A stretch of DNA of 47,348 nucleotides, from the NCBI RefSeq assembly GCF_001194135.2, contig NC_068988.1, positions 32,009,732 through 32,057,079 of the forward strand. The letters are read 5' to 3'. The first letter of the stretch is position 1, and the number at the start of each line of letters is the position of its first letter. A model generated the notes under the pieces. It saw nothing but the letters and a program-made list of their open reading frames with translations, was not told the origin of the DNA and searched no databases. Below are positions 10,536 to 25,428 of the stretch, one piece after another. The translations under genes and the position numbers were made by a program. Source of the stretch: Octopus bimaculoides. Its lineage: Eukaryota.

Positions 10536-12587
10536 ATCTATCTATCTATATGTCTGTCTGTCTGTCTGCCTGTCTATCTATCTATCTGTATGCGTGTGTG
10601 AATGTGTGTATATATGTACACAGACACACACACACACACATATATATATAGGCAACCGGATTCATAAATCAATATATGCTCACAAAAACGTGCATTCACA
10701 CACACACACACACACATACACACACACACATACACACACACACACACAAACAAACACACGCGTGCAAACTGATATACCTACATATGTATTGATATATACA
10801 TATACGTACATGTAATTTTCTTTGTGTTTACGTATAATTGTATATGAGATGTTAGCGTCCATTTGTCTCGTAAATAGTAGGGGCAATCTCTGGAGAGCTA
10901 GAATCTCGAGTGCGTGTATGGAAATTATTGTCGCTGCCATAGAAATACAGACATTCTCGAATATACATATAGAAGAAATAGACAGACAAACACATAGACT
11001 CGTTCACATATATACACACTCGTGCATGCAAACTCACGCACGTGATTCCCCAAATAAAAGAGCACTGTTTATTTATATTGATTAGTATAACGATAAACAA
11101 GAGGCATACACCCTCACATACACACAAAGACACACACATCCACGAATATTTGTGCATCTGCCTGCTTCTCTTCTTCATATGTATGTGTATACTGTATTTC
11201 CATGCTCGTAGGTGTGTGCGTTTGTTTGTGTGCTTTGGGTTGTAGAGCAAATTGCTATTGTGATAGAATATACAAATATAATTGGAATTTAAAATAAAAT
11301 TGCGTTCATTTATATGTCCATTTTCATAATGACATTTTTCACTTGAATATCTTCTATTGTTAAAACGTAAATGAAATGTAGCATATAATTGGAGTATACA
11401 TTTTCTGCTTTGTTACATCTTAATAGAATCAGGACCTGGAAAATCTGATTCTATTGTAAGTTTCTAAGCCACATTAAAATAAAATGTATGGAAACTATTA
11501 TGCATGGAAACCATAAAATGAAATATATTCTCCTTACAAGTGCTAGGGTTTAACTAGAGACAGATAGTGGTTGCATGTTCAGTAATATTTGCTAACAAAT
11601 TTAGTATCTGACTTTGAGTAAATGTCATTACTTGATACATATCCACCTGCGGGCTTTCTTCGTGTTCAGGTATTTCTCACTAACTGGTAGCAATCGGGAA
11701 ATTACTTGCGTGTTTTTCGAGTTTGAATGATCTGGGGACAAGCTCTTGTTACTTTGTTCCGGACCCTGTCGACCTTTTCAAGTATTACTTGAGGATAAAT
11801 GTCAAGTGACATTCTTCAGAGATTGTGATGATTACGAATATAGCTATAGTTAAAGAAAGTTCTACCCCTTACTCACCAACTTAGTAATGTGTATGTAGGA
11901 CGGCTTCGATTGACCTAAGATAATGGGTTCCTGCATCATATCATTTATATAGCGCTTACATTTTTCTACACCCACGGTTCTCTGTGTGAACACGAACTCT
12001 TTACGCATGTCTTTATAAGTGTTATGCTGAACTGTCACTCTGATGGCAAAGTCAATCATCATCATCATCATCATCATCATCTTTCAGTTATGTTGTTTCT
12101 CTTCCTTTCCTTCTCCTCTACATACTTCCTCCCGTTCTATCTACACTCGTCTTCCTGCTCCTCCTACTGCTTTTCCCGGTAAGTTTCTTTGCTCATTTGT
12201 TTAATAATAACAACAACGGTACCTGTAGGGTTACAAACAAGATAATCGAATAACTGTCCCCTCGAAAGATTTCTTTGCGTAGCGATATATTTGATAATCT
12301 TTCGTCTCTTGATGTTAACTGTAGTCTCTAATGTCACATTGCATGTTATAACAGGGACAGAAAGTATTTCAGGTCTTGTGTAATTCTAAGTAGCACTTAA
12401 TACACGACCCTACTGTATTTTGGAAAACCTTGTTTGCATCAAGGATATTTTTTTCGTTTTTTTTTTTGTATAAGAGTTGGTGTTCCACGTCTGATAATAG
12501 CTCCTTATGTGTTCCAAAATAGTAGATACATTATTTGAGGAGGTTTTCATTTTGCTTTGTCATCCAGTGCTAAGTAGGCCGTTCCTT

Positions 12588-12628
12588 TGTTGTTGTTGTT
12601 GTTGTTGTTGTTGCTGTTGATGTTGTTG

Positions 12629-12666
<38 letters not shown>

Positions 12667-12763
12667 GTTGGTGTTGTTGTTGTTGTTGCTGCTGCTGTTG
12701 TTGTTGTTGTTGTTGTTGTTGCTGTTGTTGTTGTTGCTGTTGTTGTTGTTGTTGTTGTTGTTG
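12588..12763. repeat. Compound (TTG)n/(TTA)n/(CTG)n trinucleotide repeat
   Basis: Direct reading of the sequence. Confidence 0.95.
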
Positions 12764-14340
12764 TCTCGTTCCGACAATTAGCAGAGCTATGATCAAAGAA
12801 ATTGTATTGCATCACATCCTCCATTGGACAAGGAGACAAGTGATTTATATTTACGTTATGAAAAGAGGAAAGTTATCCTCCATAACATGAAAAGGCTAAT
12901 CAAGCAAGACACTATAAAAGTTTGGGCGAGTGCCTTCCGTGGTAACATATGTCTAGCCTTCAGGAACAAAGAGAAAGTTGTTGTGAAAACGCAATATGTA
13001 CGCAAAACACACGGCTACAAAACAGTGTTTGTTCTAAAATTCGATGACGCAAGTTCGCCGGCTTTTCATTGTTTTTAGTAAAAAAAAATAAAAAATACTA
13101 ATCCAGGGCGCTGTATTGGTAGAACTCTAGGTTGAAAACTAGGATCTGCCACCTACAATGCATTTAGCAAAGTGTGTTTTGTTGCTTGTATTCGCTTTAT
13201 TCACACTCACCTCGAGGTACTTTGGGAAGAATCCAGGTTACTACTTCCGATCTCGAATGAAAGATGGAAGTTGACCAAATTAGACGATATTAATCACCAA
13301 AAGGAATGATATGGTGTCTGAAGAATTTAGTATGGATCTGCATGTACTACAAAGCCAAGCCAAAACTATGCCATTTTCGATGCTTATTCTGACATAATAC
13401 GATTGCCAGTGCAAAATAGAAAGCTCAAGTGTTACAGTCATGATAGGAAAAGTTATCTGATCGCAATAGCTACCACTTTAACAATGTGATCTTTAGTAGC
13501 CGATGAAACGGAACCTTGCTCTGCCTTCAAACCACCAACTAACCTTGAGGTGCTGGATGATCATAAATAGGCATCTAAACAATGTTGTTTGATCGTTTCT
13601 CTTATAAAACGACCCTCTAAAAATCAAGTGAAACACATTCATATATAAATACACACATTTTTTTTTTATAGAAGGAGTGATTGTGCAATTGTGTTTCTGT
13701 GTGTCTGTGTGTGTTTGTGTGTCAGAGAGAGATGGAGAGAGAGAAAGAAAGAAAGAACGGAAGAAGGGGATAATGGAAAGAATAACATACGTCTGCATTA
13801 AAAATTCAAATGAAAGAAAATAATTCGAAAATTCACCCATAACAGATTTCTTGATCATGAGTCTCTTAAGAATGAGAAAAATCCTTTAAATCATAAACAC
13901 TTGTTTATGAAAGTGTATTGGTTACAATATTACGTAGACGAACCGTTTTAAATACCTATTCTCTAATTTCAGTCGGTTATGAGACTAATAGAATATTCAG
14001 AACATTAAGTGATTATAGTATTTATTGGCAAGCATAAAAAGTGAGCAAATGGCATTAAATGCAAATGCTGAACTTATATTAAACGCTAAAATGTCGTTAA
14101 ATATATTTAATGTGTCTTAGAGTGGGAACAATAAAAAGTAGAGGCACAGCTGATGTTTCTATTAAACTTAAAAATCGATAGATGTATCTTAGATTAGGAA
14201 GGAAAGAAGCAAGAATCGTCAAGGAAAGAAGCACAACTAATTATTAAGTAGACATTTCGTAAACATTCAAACCATTGAGAGAAAAGAAGCCACTTCACAG
14301 ATCTATAGAACTGGATTTCCTCTCTGGTACTAGGAGAGTA

Positions 14341-14400
<60 letters not shown>

Positions 14401-16532
14401 ATTTAGGAAGCAGAATAATTTGAATTCAGCAAACAATTCATAACCCACTCAGAATAATGCGGGTTGATGGAGATGCACTTTTGTAGTGCAATGAGATGCT
14501 CAATGAAATTAGAACAACTTTAAAAAGAAAATTAAAAATGCATTATAACGCGAAACCGTGTGTCATTTGCCGTGTGAAATCTTCACTATAAAATTATTCA
14601 ACTACGAAAACATTATTCAACACCTGTTGGTTACCTGCATTTGTAAGACATTTTGTTAACAACGACGGATCATATCATTTATAACTTTCTCTTTACATCT
14701 GGAAGGGAACTAATGAGCATAATACATCAGAGGCATTCAATTGTAACTATTAACAACTTATGTCGAACCACGCAGTTTTAGTTTTTTATGATTTGAGATT
14801 ACCCTTATTCTTGTAGAGTCATCGTCTGCAATGTTTTGTGTATTTAGACTAAAATAACAGTAAGAGCGTTTATAAATACAAATTTAATTACTAGAATTAA
14901 TTACAAATGGGGTGAAAGAGCCGTAATTAATGTTTATACAGCCACCCAAATAGCCTTAAATGATCTAATGATAATTTCAGAAAGCTCGGGCAGTTTAGAT
15001 AAATTGATGATCAGAAGCCGTACTAGTTAAACCAACCGTCTCAAATGGTAACATGATATATGATCTATACTGGAAAACTGAAAGAACTGTGAAGGTTTAT
15101 ACAAGCTGTTGTAATGGTTGTGTCTTATGACCGAGTAATCACAAAATACTTAGTAAATATAATCGAGTGATTTTAACGATATCATAAAATTAATGATAAT
15201 TTGAAATGTTAACTTCAGCTCCAAGGAAACTATAGTGAATCCTGTTGTTACTTTATCCCAAGTCACACAAAGTACAATACAATATTGGCACAATGCTTCA
15301 TATAAAATGCGCTTTGATTTAATCAATACCCGATGGGTAATAATTTTATCGTCTACTGATGACAACTACTGGGATGAATCAAGATTTTGATTTGAATATA
15401 TATCTGAATGTATATCCATAAAGTGAACTAAATATCGAATTGCATTTTGCCAAACATTCTATCGATATGCCAATTTCCCAGTGGCTACATTACATTATAA
15501 TATTATATTTGATTTACGACACGTGATACAATTTGCCATATATACACTACTCGCAGACTCAAATGAAAATCACGCCTATTTGATTTTTCTATTTTACCTA
15601 TATCACCTATATGCTGAATGTGTGTGTATGTATATATATATATATACATATATATGTATATATATATATATATATATATNNNNNNNNNNNNNNNNNNNNN
15701 NNNNNNNNNNNNNNNNNNNNNNNNNNNNNNNNNNNNNNNNNNNNNNNNNNNNNNNNNNNNNNNNNNNNNNNNNNNNNNNNNNNNNNNNNNNNNNATACAA
15801 ATAAACCTTTCTCACTAATAGGAAAAAATACAAAAGGCACCACCTTCATTGTGTTAACAAACATCTTGATAAACAAGAATGCTAAAGAATGGATTGTAAA
15901 CATTTGACTGGCATCCTTTAGAACCTCCCCATATAATTCTTCACTCTAGCTAAATAAAAAGATAGTTATTTGTACCCATTGAAGCATTCGTAAGTTATGG
16001 TTTTCCAAATAAACTTCAAAGTCAACATGTCTATCTGGAAGTGTTCCGAGTGAAAGTTCTGCCTCTGTAGAATATTCAGCTAAATGACTATCGTTTTCTT
16101 TTGCATTCAATATTATTCGAATTCCATGAGTTAAAATAAAAGTAGCACGCACATAAATTATATTCAAAAATAAACTCTAAATAATCAACACTGCAAGAAA
16201 AAAAAAACTATGAAGGGTTAATCAAAGGATTAAACTAAATGAAGCCTTAAACGTAACACGGGCTTTCCTTTTACACATTTGAAGCAATACACATTTGTAT
16301 TGATGAGGATCAACAACTCACTATATATGACACGATACTGCTGTTACAAAATGTTTTTTACTGGTTTCATTTATTAAGAATGTGTTAACTATAGTTTCTT
16401 TTTATTATACATAAAGCACCTAAATTTTTCATGAGAATCAAGTGCAAAAGACATAGTCCACAATAATTTACAGTATATCATAAGAACACTTTAGAGTATC
16501 GTACTACTTTGGTATAGTAGATATCGTTTTCG

Positions 16533-16740
16533 CATTTCGACACAAGGCCAGCTATTTAAGGTGAGGGGGAAGTCGAATAAGTAGACCCCAGTGTCCAGCA
16601 GGCACGTATTTTATCGAGAGTGAAGGATGAAAGCAAAGGTCGAACGGAGAACGTAAAGTCGACGCAGAACGTAAAATCGGACGAAATGCCGCTAAGAATT
16701 TTGCCCGGCGTGCTAATGATTACGTCAACTCGCCGCCTTC
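16533..16740 (-). mobile_element. tRNA-derived SINE, decayed (GGCGGCGAGCTGGC-head family)
   Basis: Reverse complement begins AAGGCGGCGAGTTGACGTAATCATTAGCACGCCGGGCAAAATTCTTAGCGGCATTTCGTC, homologous to the copies at 40528 and 40761. Confidence 0.85.
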
Positions 16741-17626
16741 TGGCTAGTAGATATTAGTAGGCTAGTAATTAAGATGAAATATCAGTCCGTTGAATAGAAT
16801 GAAATACATTTATTGAATAAAAATGGTAGAAACTCTAATGAGGCATTCAGTCAAAACTAAAATTACCATAAAAGATACAAACTACAAGAAATGTGACAAA
16901 GACATTAATTCATTTTTTTTTTTTTTACGTATAAAGAGGGTCACACTTTTTTTTTTAGCAAAGTAGAAATCATATTCTTTCAAATATATATTTGCCTTCT
17001 TCAATGAAATACTGACAGCAGGCTATTAGAACGATAACCACCTAAAATTGAATCCAAGATTCGAAATCATTGCACAAGGAGGAGATTGCCTCTAGTACGT
17101 AGGACTTAATTATACAATGTGTTTCAAAATTAAAAGGGAAAAAAAAAGAGTCTGCAATACAGAAACCTATCCAGAATATTTGACATGACATATTAAAGTG
17201 TGAAATAATGCATAAGATACAAAATTGTTCACGAATCATTATCGACAATACTCCAACCTTAAGGGTGTCTGATTATATCAGAAATGGTGAACCACGTTCT
17301 CCGTGGAAATTGGAAAGCTGCAGTGGACTCACTTCTGCAATATCTAAATTATATTTGTAGCCTCACCGAAAATGTACATTGATAAGAGCTATTCAATATA
17401 TATNNNNNNNNNNNNNNNNNNNNNNNNNNNNNNNNNNNNNNNNNNNNNNNNNNNNNNNNNNNNNNNNNNNNNNNNNNNNNNATATATATATATATATATA
17501 TATATAATTTCGTGCACTGTAGCCGACGGTATTATATTAGTTTTCTTTTGAGGCAAACAATATCATACGATCATGAGAATGTAAATCTAAGGCAACATGC
17601 TATAGACGTTTTGTTAAATTTGCCAC

Positions 17627-17672
<46 letters not shown>

Positions 17673-18409
17673 ACACACACATACATACACACATATTTAT
17701 GTGCGTGTGTGTATGTGTGTGCTTATGCACGTGAGTATGTATTGTAGCAACGGAAAGCCAGATACAGTAAAAATGAAAATAGCGTAGAATAAACATGAAA
17801 TAAAAGGAAGCGTAAATGGCAAGCTTTCAACAAGTACAAAAGCTTTTCACACAAATTTCATAAAAAAGGAAATAAAAAAAGAAGACATAAAAAAACAAAA
17901 AACAGAAAGAATATGCTTTACTGATTCTGAGAAGACATGTATTCTTGGTAACTTCAACGATCTACTTTCAGGTAACTAAAAGCTTTGCATATATTTATTT
18001 TCATGTGTTAATACAATACAAAGATATAGATTTTAAACTGAGAATAATGAAATATGTCAAAACTAGAATACCTGCAGTAGAGAACTAGTCCATAACAAAA
18101 GTGCGATACATAAACATGTTGTTTCGGACTTATATTGTGGAACACAGCATTTCTTTGTTCCTTGAAGTTTTAATGTCCTTCTTTGGGCTGAGGTCCTTTA
18201 GACAAGACCCTGCAAGCCTTCTAGGCTTCACAGAAAGGTTAGTGTCTTGGATATAATTCCTTCTGACATTTATATTGGGTTTCACGATTATGTGTATACC
18301 ACTCAAGTTTAAATTCTACTTTGTTATTTGTAAATAATGTCACAATAACGAATTGTGGTTTTGTGTACGTCCATGGGAGTGAGTATATTTTACAAACGGT
18401 GAATAAAAG

Positions 18410-19010
18410 TGAACGGTTCAAACGTAGGCTAGGGTTCAGCGTTTGGCATCTAGAATTTTACCAGGCGCTCACTGGTTTTGTCGAACAGCATTGTACTAGC
18501 TGGACAAACTGTTAGCGCCAAAACAATCCATATATTTCCGTAGGGTGCTATTTCAGAATGTGAGTGACGATGGCCTAGGACTAACTTTGAGCATCGGCGA
18601 GATCACATAGAGTGGTCTCTCTCGGAGGTTTTTGAATATTCTGGACAAGTTTCATAAGTCTTTGTCATGGCAGTGCTACTGTGTGACGATTGCTTGTTTG
18701 CAAAAAGGCGTTCTAGTATGGAAAAAGGCGTTCTGGTATCGAATCTGCTCGAGATACAGCTGGGGGACGAAACCAACCTGCATGTAATCATCCAGTGTCC
18801 GAACATTACAGGTTTGTGATTAACAGCTGTCTCATGTGCGACGAATCCAGCAGTTTTTCCCCTTTTACGCACCAACTTTCTTTAGCAGATCCTTCCCTGC
18901 TTAGTCGCTGTGACAAAAGAGGCTGTGTGGTGAAGAGTCTGAAAAGTTTGAAGACAGGCATTTTGCTTCAAATATAATTTGAAGAGAAATCTGAAGGTAG
19001 AAGAGGTGCT
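18410..19010 (+). mobile_element. L1/Tx1-type LINE 3' fragment (ORF2 C-terminus), decayed
   Basis: FKRRLGFSVWHLEFYQAL and DETNLHVIIQCPNITGL are homologous to WIRRRLRQSAWHIECLQAL and DETVLHDLVQCLRIAD in the element at 42440-46250. Confidence 0.7.
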
Positions 19011-19225
19011 ACTTCTAGTGTGTATATCGAAAGGTGAGTGAGAGTGGCAAGACAGCTGGGGCTCAATGGATCTACTCTGAGTATGAGTTTGTAAGTAGTA
19101 GGAAAGAAAGTGTAAGATGGGACCATCCATGCATGGGGGGGGGGGGCATAGTAATCCGGGAATTTTGGGGTGAGATTTACCACGAATTACACTGAGTGGA
19201 GTTCCCCCTTATCTGAGATTCTATT

Positions 19226-19690
19226 TATCAGGCTGAGTAAAAAGCAAGCAACGTTTTGAAACATGAAATTCATCACAATATGTTTCAACAATGCGGAATT
19301 TTATTCATCAAAGTAAGTTCAATTGCAATAAACACATTTTTTTTGCCAACGAGTTACCAGTTTGCTTATTTCGGTAACATAAAAATCTGAAGTTCTGAAG
19401 CTGATAAACTCTTTGAACGTACTTTGAGCATGGGTTTGATTTTTGAACTCCATCACTCGCAGGAAACCATCCAGGTGCTCGGAAAAGTGGTAGTCGGTAG
19501 GAGAAGTTCTGGGGAAGAAGCTCAGCTTCTGGAGTGTCATTAGCGAAACTTCTGGAGCGTCGTTAGCGTCGAGCATTGTCATGAAAAATGATTGGCTCTC
19601 TTTTGTTGAACACAAGCGAGCCAATCATTTATTTTGGCAATTTCATGGCGATATGTTTCTGCAGTGATGGTTTTTTCCGGGTTTTAAGAA
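19226..19690 (-). mobile_element. Mariner transposon 3' half with one TIR
   Basis: Minus-strand ORF reads ...MLDANDAPEVSLMTLQKL...PRTSPTDYHFSEHLDGFLR...KLVTRWQKKCVYCN (degenerate SPDLxPTDYH motif). A TA-TCAGG TIR-like end is at 19226. Confidence 0.8.
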
Positions 19691-19829
19691 GTTATAGTGG
19701 GTAAGTCCAACAGTACACAACTAAACAGACACCATAACGTACAAACCCCCGATAGACACAACATCTACAATCCACAACCTCACGATATTATATACTGTGT
19801 GAAGTCTATAATAATAGTAATAATAATAA

Positions 19830-20210
19830 ATAATCTCCACATATTCTGTAGTTACTTGTGGTTCTGTTCATTACAAGGTTTTGGTAATTGCTGGTGGGAA
19901 CGTTTTGATCTTGTGCTGTAATTAATAATCTTTCAGTCTCTGATTTGAGTCCTGAGATTCTCAGCCATTGTTGGGATTTTGCTTTGTCTATTTCTTTTCC
20001 GTTTAGTTTAACTGTGGTAGTAGCGTTAGCCCGTCGCGGGAAATGTTCAGCAGTATTTCTTCCGTATTTATGTTCTGAATTTCGCAATTGGCAATCATTC
20101 TTTCGGTGTCGATAAAGTAAGTACCTGTCATGTACCGGGATCGAGGTAATCGTCTTACTCGTATCTCCAATAACTGCTGGCCCTGTTCCAAAATTTGAAA
20201 CCATCATTAT
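19830..20210 (-). mobile_element. R4/Dong-like LINE fragment (post-RT region up to the zinc finger)
   Basis: QQWLRISGLKSETERLLITAQDQNVPTSNY...YRICG, homologous to the 20985-21850 copy. Confidence 0.8.
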
Positions 20211-20699
20211 TTATATGTTCGTCAATAACACTTTTATTACATTTGTCAATATTGGTATTCTTATGCAACTTGGTATCACAATAATACTTATAGATTTTCA
20301 AATGGAGAAAAGGTTAGATATAGGAAAAAATATCGAAGAAGCCAGCGAAATATAACACAGAAAATGGAATGAAACTAAAAAAAAAAATTACAAAAAAACA
20401 AAAAAATTAAATAAAGCGAATTGTAAATAATTTACAAAGAATAGAAATAGAACACATATGAAACAATATTAGATATGTATCAAACACAATGTTGGTAAAT
20501 AGATTAGTATGGAAAAGTTCATGAAAGATAGAAAACTTTGAACTGCCTAGTTATTGTGCTTGTTATCATGTTTCGACTTGTAAATAGTGCGGCTTTCACA
20601 CGAATCCAGACAATTTATATAACTGAGATAGTGCACGTAACTGCCAAATGAGTTATGAATACACGCACAAAAACACGCACACACACGCACGTTTGTATA

Positions 20700-20731
<32 letters not shown>

Positions 20732-20984
20732 NNNNNNNNNNNNNNNNNNNNNNNNNNNNNNNNNNNNNNNNNNNTATATATATGCATGTATATGTGTGTG
20801 TGTGTGTGTATGTGTGTGTGTGCAAACATACATATCTATCTATCTTTCTATCGCCTTAATAATAATAATAATAATAATAATAATTATAATTATAATAATA
20901 ATGATGATGATGACGATGATGATGATAATAATATCCATGATGATGGTAATAATGATAATACTTATTATTATTGTTATTATTATC

Positions 20985-21850
20985 ATTCAGTAGTTTTATT
21001 TTCATAACGTGCTGTCACTTCACTACCAAGCCCAGTTCTCTGTGCCTTGGGGATGTGCTGCGGCTTGCTGCGATGCTGTTATGGATACTGTATTGAGAGT
21101 GTTTTGCGTAAAATGTGTGCTGTACCCAGTAGTGACATTTTCTGTATGATATATAAATTTGTAAGTCCTGGTGTTTTTGTCTGTATATTTTTTTTATCAT
21201 ACCTAATGCGCCCAGTATGACAGGAATTGTTTCCGTTTTTAGATTCGACATTCGAGTTACCATTATTTCTAGGTCTTTCTATTTTGAAAGTTTCTCCATT
21301 TCTGTTAGAGGAACGTTGGCATCTGCTGGTACTGATACATCGATTAGAAAGCATTTTTTTCCTTCATGATCTTTGACAACTATATCTGGTCTATTAGCCT
21401 TAATTTCTCTATCTGTGTGTATTGGCATATCCCATAGTATAGTTGCTTTCTCGTTTTCTGTGATTTTTTCTGGCGTGTGTTTATACCATCTTTTTTCTGT
21501 TGTTATTCCATAGTGTTGCCATAGCTTCCAGTGTATGTAGGTCCCAACTCTGACGTGTCTGTGAATATATTCCTTCTTAGCCATGACTGGGCAGCCAGAG
21601 ATAATATGTCTTATTGTTTCTTGTCCATTTCCACATATTTTGCAGTTACTTATGTTTTTTTTTTCATTATATGAATCTTGTAATTTCTGGTGGGGAGGCT
21701 TTCCTTTTGTACTGCAATTAAAAATCCTTCAGTCTCTGCTTTGAGTCCTGAGCTTCTCAAACATTGCTGGGATTTTTCTCTGTCTATTTGTTTTCCATTT
21801 AGTTTAGCCCAGAATTTACCATGTATGGGCTTTTCTTGCCATCGTTTTAT
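20985..21850 (-). mobile_element. R4/Dong-like LINE 3' end with zinc finger, restriction-like endonuclease and 3' UTR
   Basis: KPIHGKF...LKAETEGFLIA...; EYIHRH...IHWKL...WDMPIHTDREIKANRPDIVV...CFLIDVSVP...EKLSK (PD...D-x-x-K endonuclease); LLGTAHILRKTLS. The 3' UTR runs into (TAA)n on the element strand. Confidence 0.92.
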
Positions 21851-21901
21851 CATGGTCCGTTGCTGTTCAAGTTTTAGTTTGGATTTCATTTTTTTTATAG
21901 C

Positions 21902-21975
21902 TTTCTTCTTCTTCTTCTTCTTCTTCTTCTTCTTCTATTTCTTCTTCTTCTTCTTCTTCTTCTTCTTCTTCTTCT
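21902..21975. repeat. (TTC)n microsatellite
   Basis: Direct reading of the sequence. Confidence 0.95.
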
Positions 21976-22437
21976 ATCTCAGTGCAACTGCTACTGCCGC
22001 CGATTATTTTAATGGCCATCATGATGATAACGATGACTACGATTCTAATTTTGCTGATGAGGGTGATGATGATCATCTGATGGCGCTGATGATGTCAGTG
22101 ATTAGTATGATTACAATGATACAAAAGAAAAATCAATGCATCTAATCAGGAAGGGAAACATTAATAACTTTAGGTATAACTCCCCCACCTGAACCTACAG
22201 AAAATATGAACTTTGAAGTATTACAACAAAGGGACAAGCAAAGTAATTCAATTAGAATGAAATAAAATTAATTAGGAGAATCAATGCGACTTTTGTCTTG
22301 AAGAAACAACTTAGACTTTAAAAGTTCATTAGGGGATTTTTGAGATATCTTCGTTGCTTTTTATTATTAATTATGAATAATACCAATGATAATTTCTTTT
22401 TGTTTCTGATGTTCCTGTCCCTTTATTTGTCCTCGTC

Positions 22438-22473
22438 CTTCTTCTTCTTCTTCTTCTTCTTCTTCTTCTTCTT

Positions 22474-22551
<78 letters not shown>

Positions 22552-22562
22552 GTTGTTATTAT
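22438..22562. repeat. Compound (TTC)n(TTA)n microsatellite
   Basis: Direct reading of the sequence. Confidence 0.95.
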
Positions 22563-23675
22563 TCTGCAGATTAAACGGGAGTTGTAAAGCGACCGGTTTC
22601 AACACAACTTTAAAATAACGTTCTGTAGTAATTTCGTTTTCTTGATGCCGTTCAACTGAATTTGTCATTAGATTTAATAAATGAAATACAACAATTAAGA
22701 AGACAAGGAAAACTCCAAAGAATGTATCAAATGAAGAGTTGAAACATGTTGACTACCAAAAACATAATAGATACGTAAACTAACTTTTAAATGAAAAGCT
22801 ATTTATCTTTGTTGTGACAACAAAATCAAACCAAAAAATATAATTTCTTCTAATTTCATTGCAACATTGTTAATTAAAGGTATCTTTTGATGGTGGTGTT
22901 GTACAATAGGAAGTAAAACAATCAATAAATACGTTAATATTCATTAAGTATACTAAATGAATGGATTCATGAGTGTTTTCGTGCATATGTATGTCAATGT
23001 ATGTATGTATGTATAGATATAAACACACTTATGAATGCATACCTATTATATACATAGTCATATATCTACATATATACATACAAATATATATAATATGCAT
23101 ATTTACATATTCTAATGTAAAAGTTATGAAATGATTGAAAATATATCGATGAAGCGCAAATATTCACTGATATAGAACTCAAATCACTGCATAGTTTGAC
23201 TATCTGTAAGCACATGCTAGTTTACAGATATAGATGCATTCTTTTACTGGTATCTAGGTACACATTTTAAATTTCATCCATATTTTAGCATTCTCTATGC
23301 GAACCCTTCACGCATTTTCAGTTTTTATTCTGTTATGGTCCATTCAACATTTATATTTGTAAATACATAAGTATAACTATCTTTGTTCTGACGAAATGAT
23401 TTACCTCTAAAACGTTGCTATGTATATACCATTTGTCTTTCACGCGTTTTTTTTTTCTGTTTGACTGCAGTTACGTTGGGACGCCACAATGATGAAACAA
23501 CACCATGGTGGGTATGTAGCCGAATAAATCAAACCCATGGCTGTTTTGAAGCTTGGCAGTTCTGCCAAACCACTAGATCACCAGACTTACACAAACCAAC
23601 GCTGTTATGCAGTGGTGGGAGGCACAGGCATAAATACATAGACACGTATACCTGTATCTTTCCGTGTGTGTGTGC

Positions 23676-23714
<39 letters not shown>

Positions 23715-23779
23715 TGTACCTCTGTGACTATGTGTTTAGGCATGCACACATGAACATATATATGCATTTGAACCACCTG

Positions 23780-24310
23780 TAAATGACATTTATTTAGCTG
23801 TGAATAAGCTGAATAACATTAACTCTCCAGAGTCTGATGGAATCTATGGAGAGGTCTTGAAATATGAGGGTGGCAACCTGTTTGTACTCTTACATATATT
23901 AATTTGTCACTGCTGGTGAACTGCGAAAGCGCCTCCAGACTGGATTGATGCCATTTTAGTCTCCTTGTATAAATCGAGGCCAACGGATCTGTATGATACT
24001 ATTCGTGGGATTTTGCTTTTGTCTGTGGCTGGAAAAGTACTTGCCCACATTTTGTTAAAACGTTTAAATATCTTCATAGTTTCAAATACAGTGTGTGAGT
24101 CTGAGGGTGGTTTTCGTTCCTCCAAGGGCACAGCTGATTGTATCTTTACTATCAGAGAATTGGAAGAAAAGTGCATTGAACAGATTCTTGCCCTAAACCA
24201 TTGCTTTGTTGATTTCAGCAAAACATTCGAAACTGTTCATCGAAATGCTCTGAGGATAATTCTAAGGAAAATAGGTTGCCCAGAAAAATTTGTAAACATG
24301 ATCAGGCATT
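23780..24310 (+). mobile_element. RTE-clade LINE reverse transcriptase fragment
   Basis: PDWIDAILVSLYK...IRGILLLSVAGKVLAHILLKRL...ESEGGFRSSKGTADCIFTIRELEEKCIEQ...FVDFSKTFETVHR...LRKIGCPEKFVNMI is the classic RTE/BovB-like RT motif series. Confidence 0.92.
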
Positions 24311-24387
24311 GCATAAAGTATGAAAGCAAGAGTTAATTTTGGTGACACCAAATGTCTCCAACATTAACCCCGTGTGTGTGTGTGTGT

Positions 24388-24455
<68 letters not shown>

Positions 24456-25428
24456 GTGTGTGTGTGGCTGTGTAGTTGTGCTTGTCCTGAATGTGTGCAA
24501 TCCAAAGAGATTTTCTATTTTGAGCAAAAGACAAGTAGTCTTTTCTCATCTCCGTATCTTTCTCTCCCCTATTCTACATACACACATACACGCGCACGCG
24601 TGTGTATATATGTATACAATTTCCCACAGAATAAAAATACATATACATACAGTCATACACATAAATACAAAAACCTCAACCAAACCACTATCAAAAATAA
24701 TTGAAATTATAACCTTTAACCGTTGATGCCAAAATACTGAATACTGGAAACATTTACACATACACATCCATTTAACCTTTTACTTTTATCGATTTTGATA
24801 TTTTGCTTTCGTTAATACATACACATGTGCATAAATACATGCATACTCATATAGTATATATATATATATATNNNNNNNNNNNNNNNNNNNNNNNNNNNNN
24901 NNNNNNNNNNNNNNNNNNNNNNNNNNNNNNNNNNNNNNNNNNNNNNNNNNNNNNNNNNNNNNNNNNNNNNNNNNNNNNNNNNNNNNNNNNNNNNNNNNNN
25001 NNNNNNNNNNNNNNNNNNNNNNNNNNNNNNNNNNNNNNNNNNNNNNNNNNNNNNNNNNNNNNNNNNNNNNNNNNNNNNNNNNNNNNNNNNNNNNNNNNNN
25101 NNNNNNNNNNNNNNNNNNNNNNNNNNNNNNNNNNNNNNNNNNNNNNNNNNNNNNNNNNNNNNNNNNNNNNNNNNNNNNNNNNNNNNNNNNNNNNNNNNNN
25201 NNNNNNNNNNNNNNNNNNNNNNNNNNNNNNNNNNNNNNNNNNNNNNNNNNNNNNNNNNNNNNNNNNNNNNNNNNNNNNNNNNNNNNNNNNNNNNNNNNNN
25301 NNNNNNNNNNNNNNNNNNNNNNNNNNNNNNNNNNNNNNNNNNNNNNNNNNNNNNNNNNNNNNNNNNNNNNNNNNNNNNNNNNNNNNNNNNNNNNNNNNNN
25401 NNNNNNNNNNNNNNNNNNNNNNNNNNNN

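Noticed and set aside
11773-11824. Minus-strand CTGAAGA...GAAA hammerhead-like string
   Set aside because: Helix II does not close next to GAAA and there is no helix I partner or UH site.
11560-12050. CR1-like 3' motifs (FTQRTVG, LEKVDR) on the minus strand
   Set aside because: The matches are short and in the wrong order for a single element.
12824-13078. 84-aa ORF as a host exon or TE protein
   Set aside because: It has a non-ATG start, no recognisable motif and no clear splice sites.
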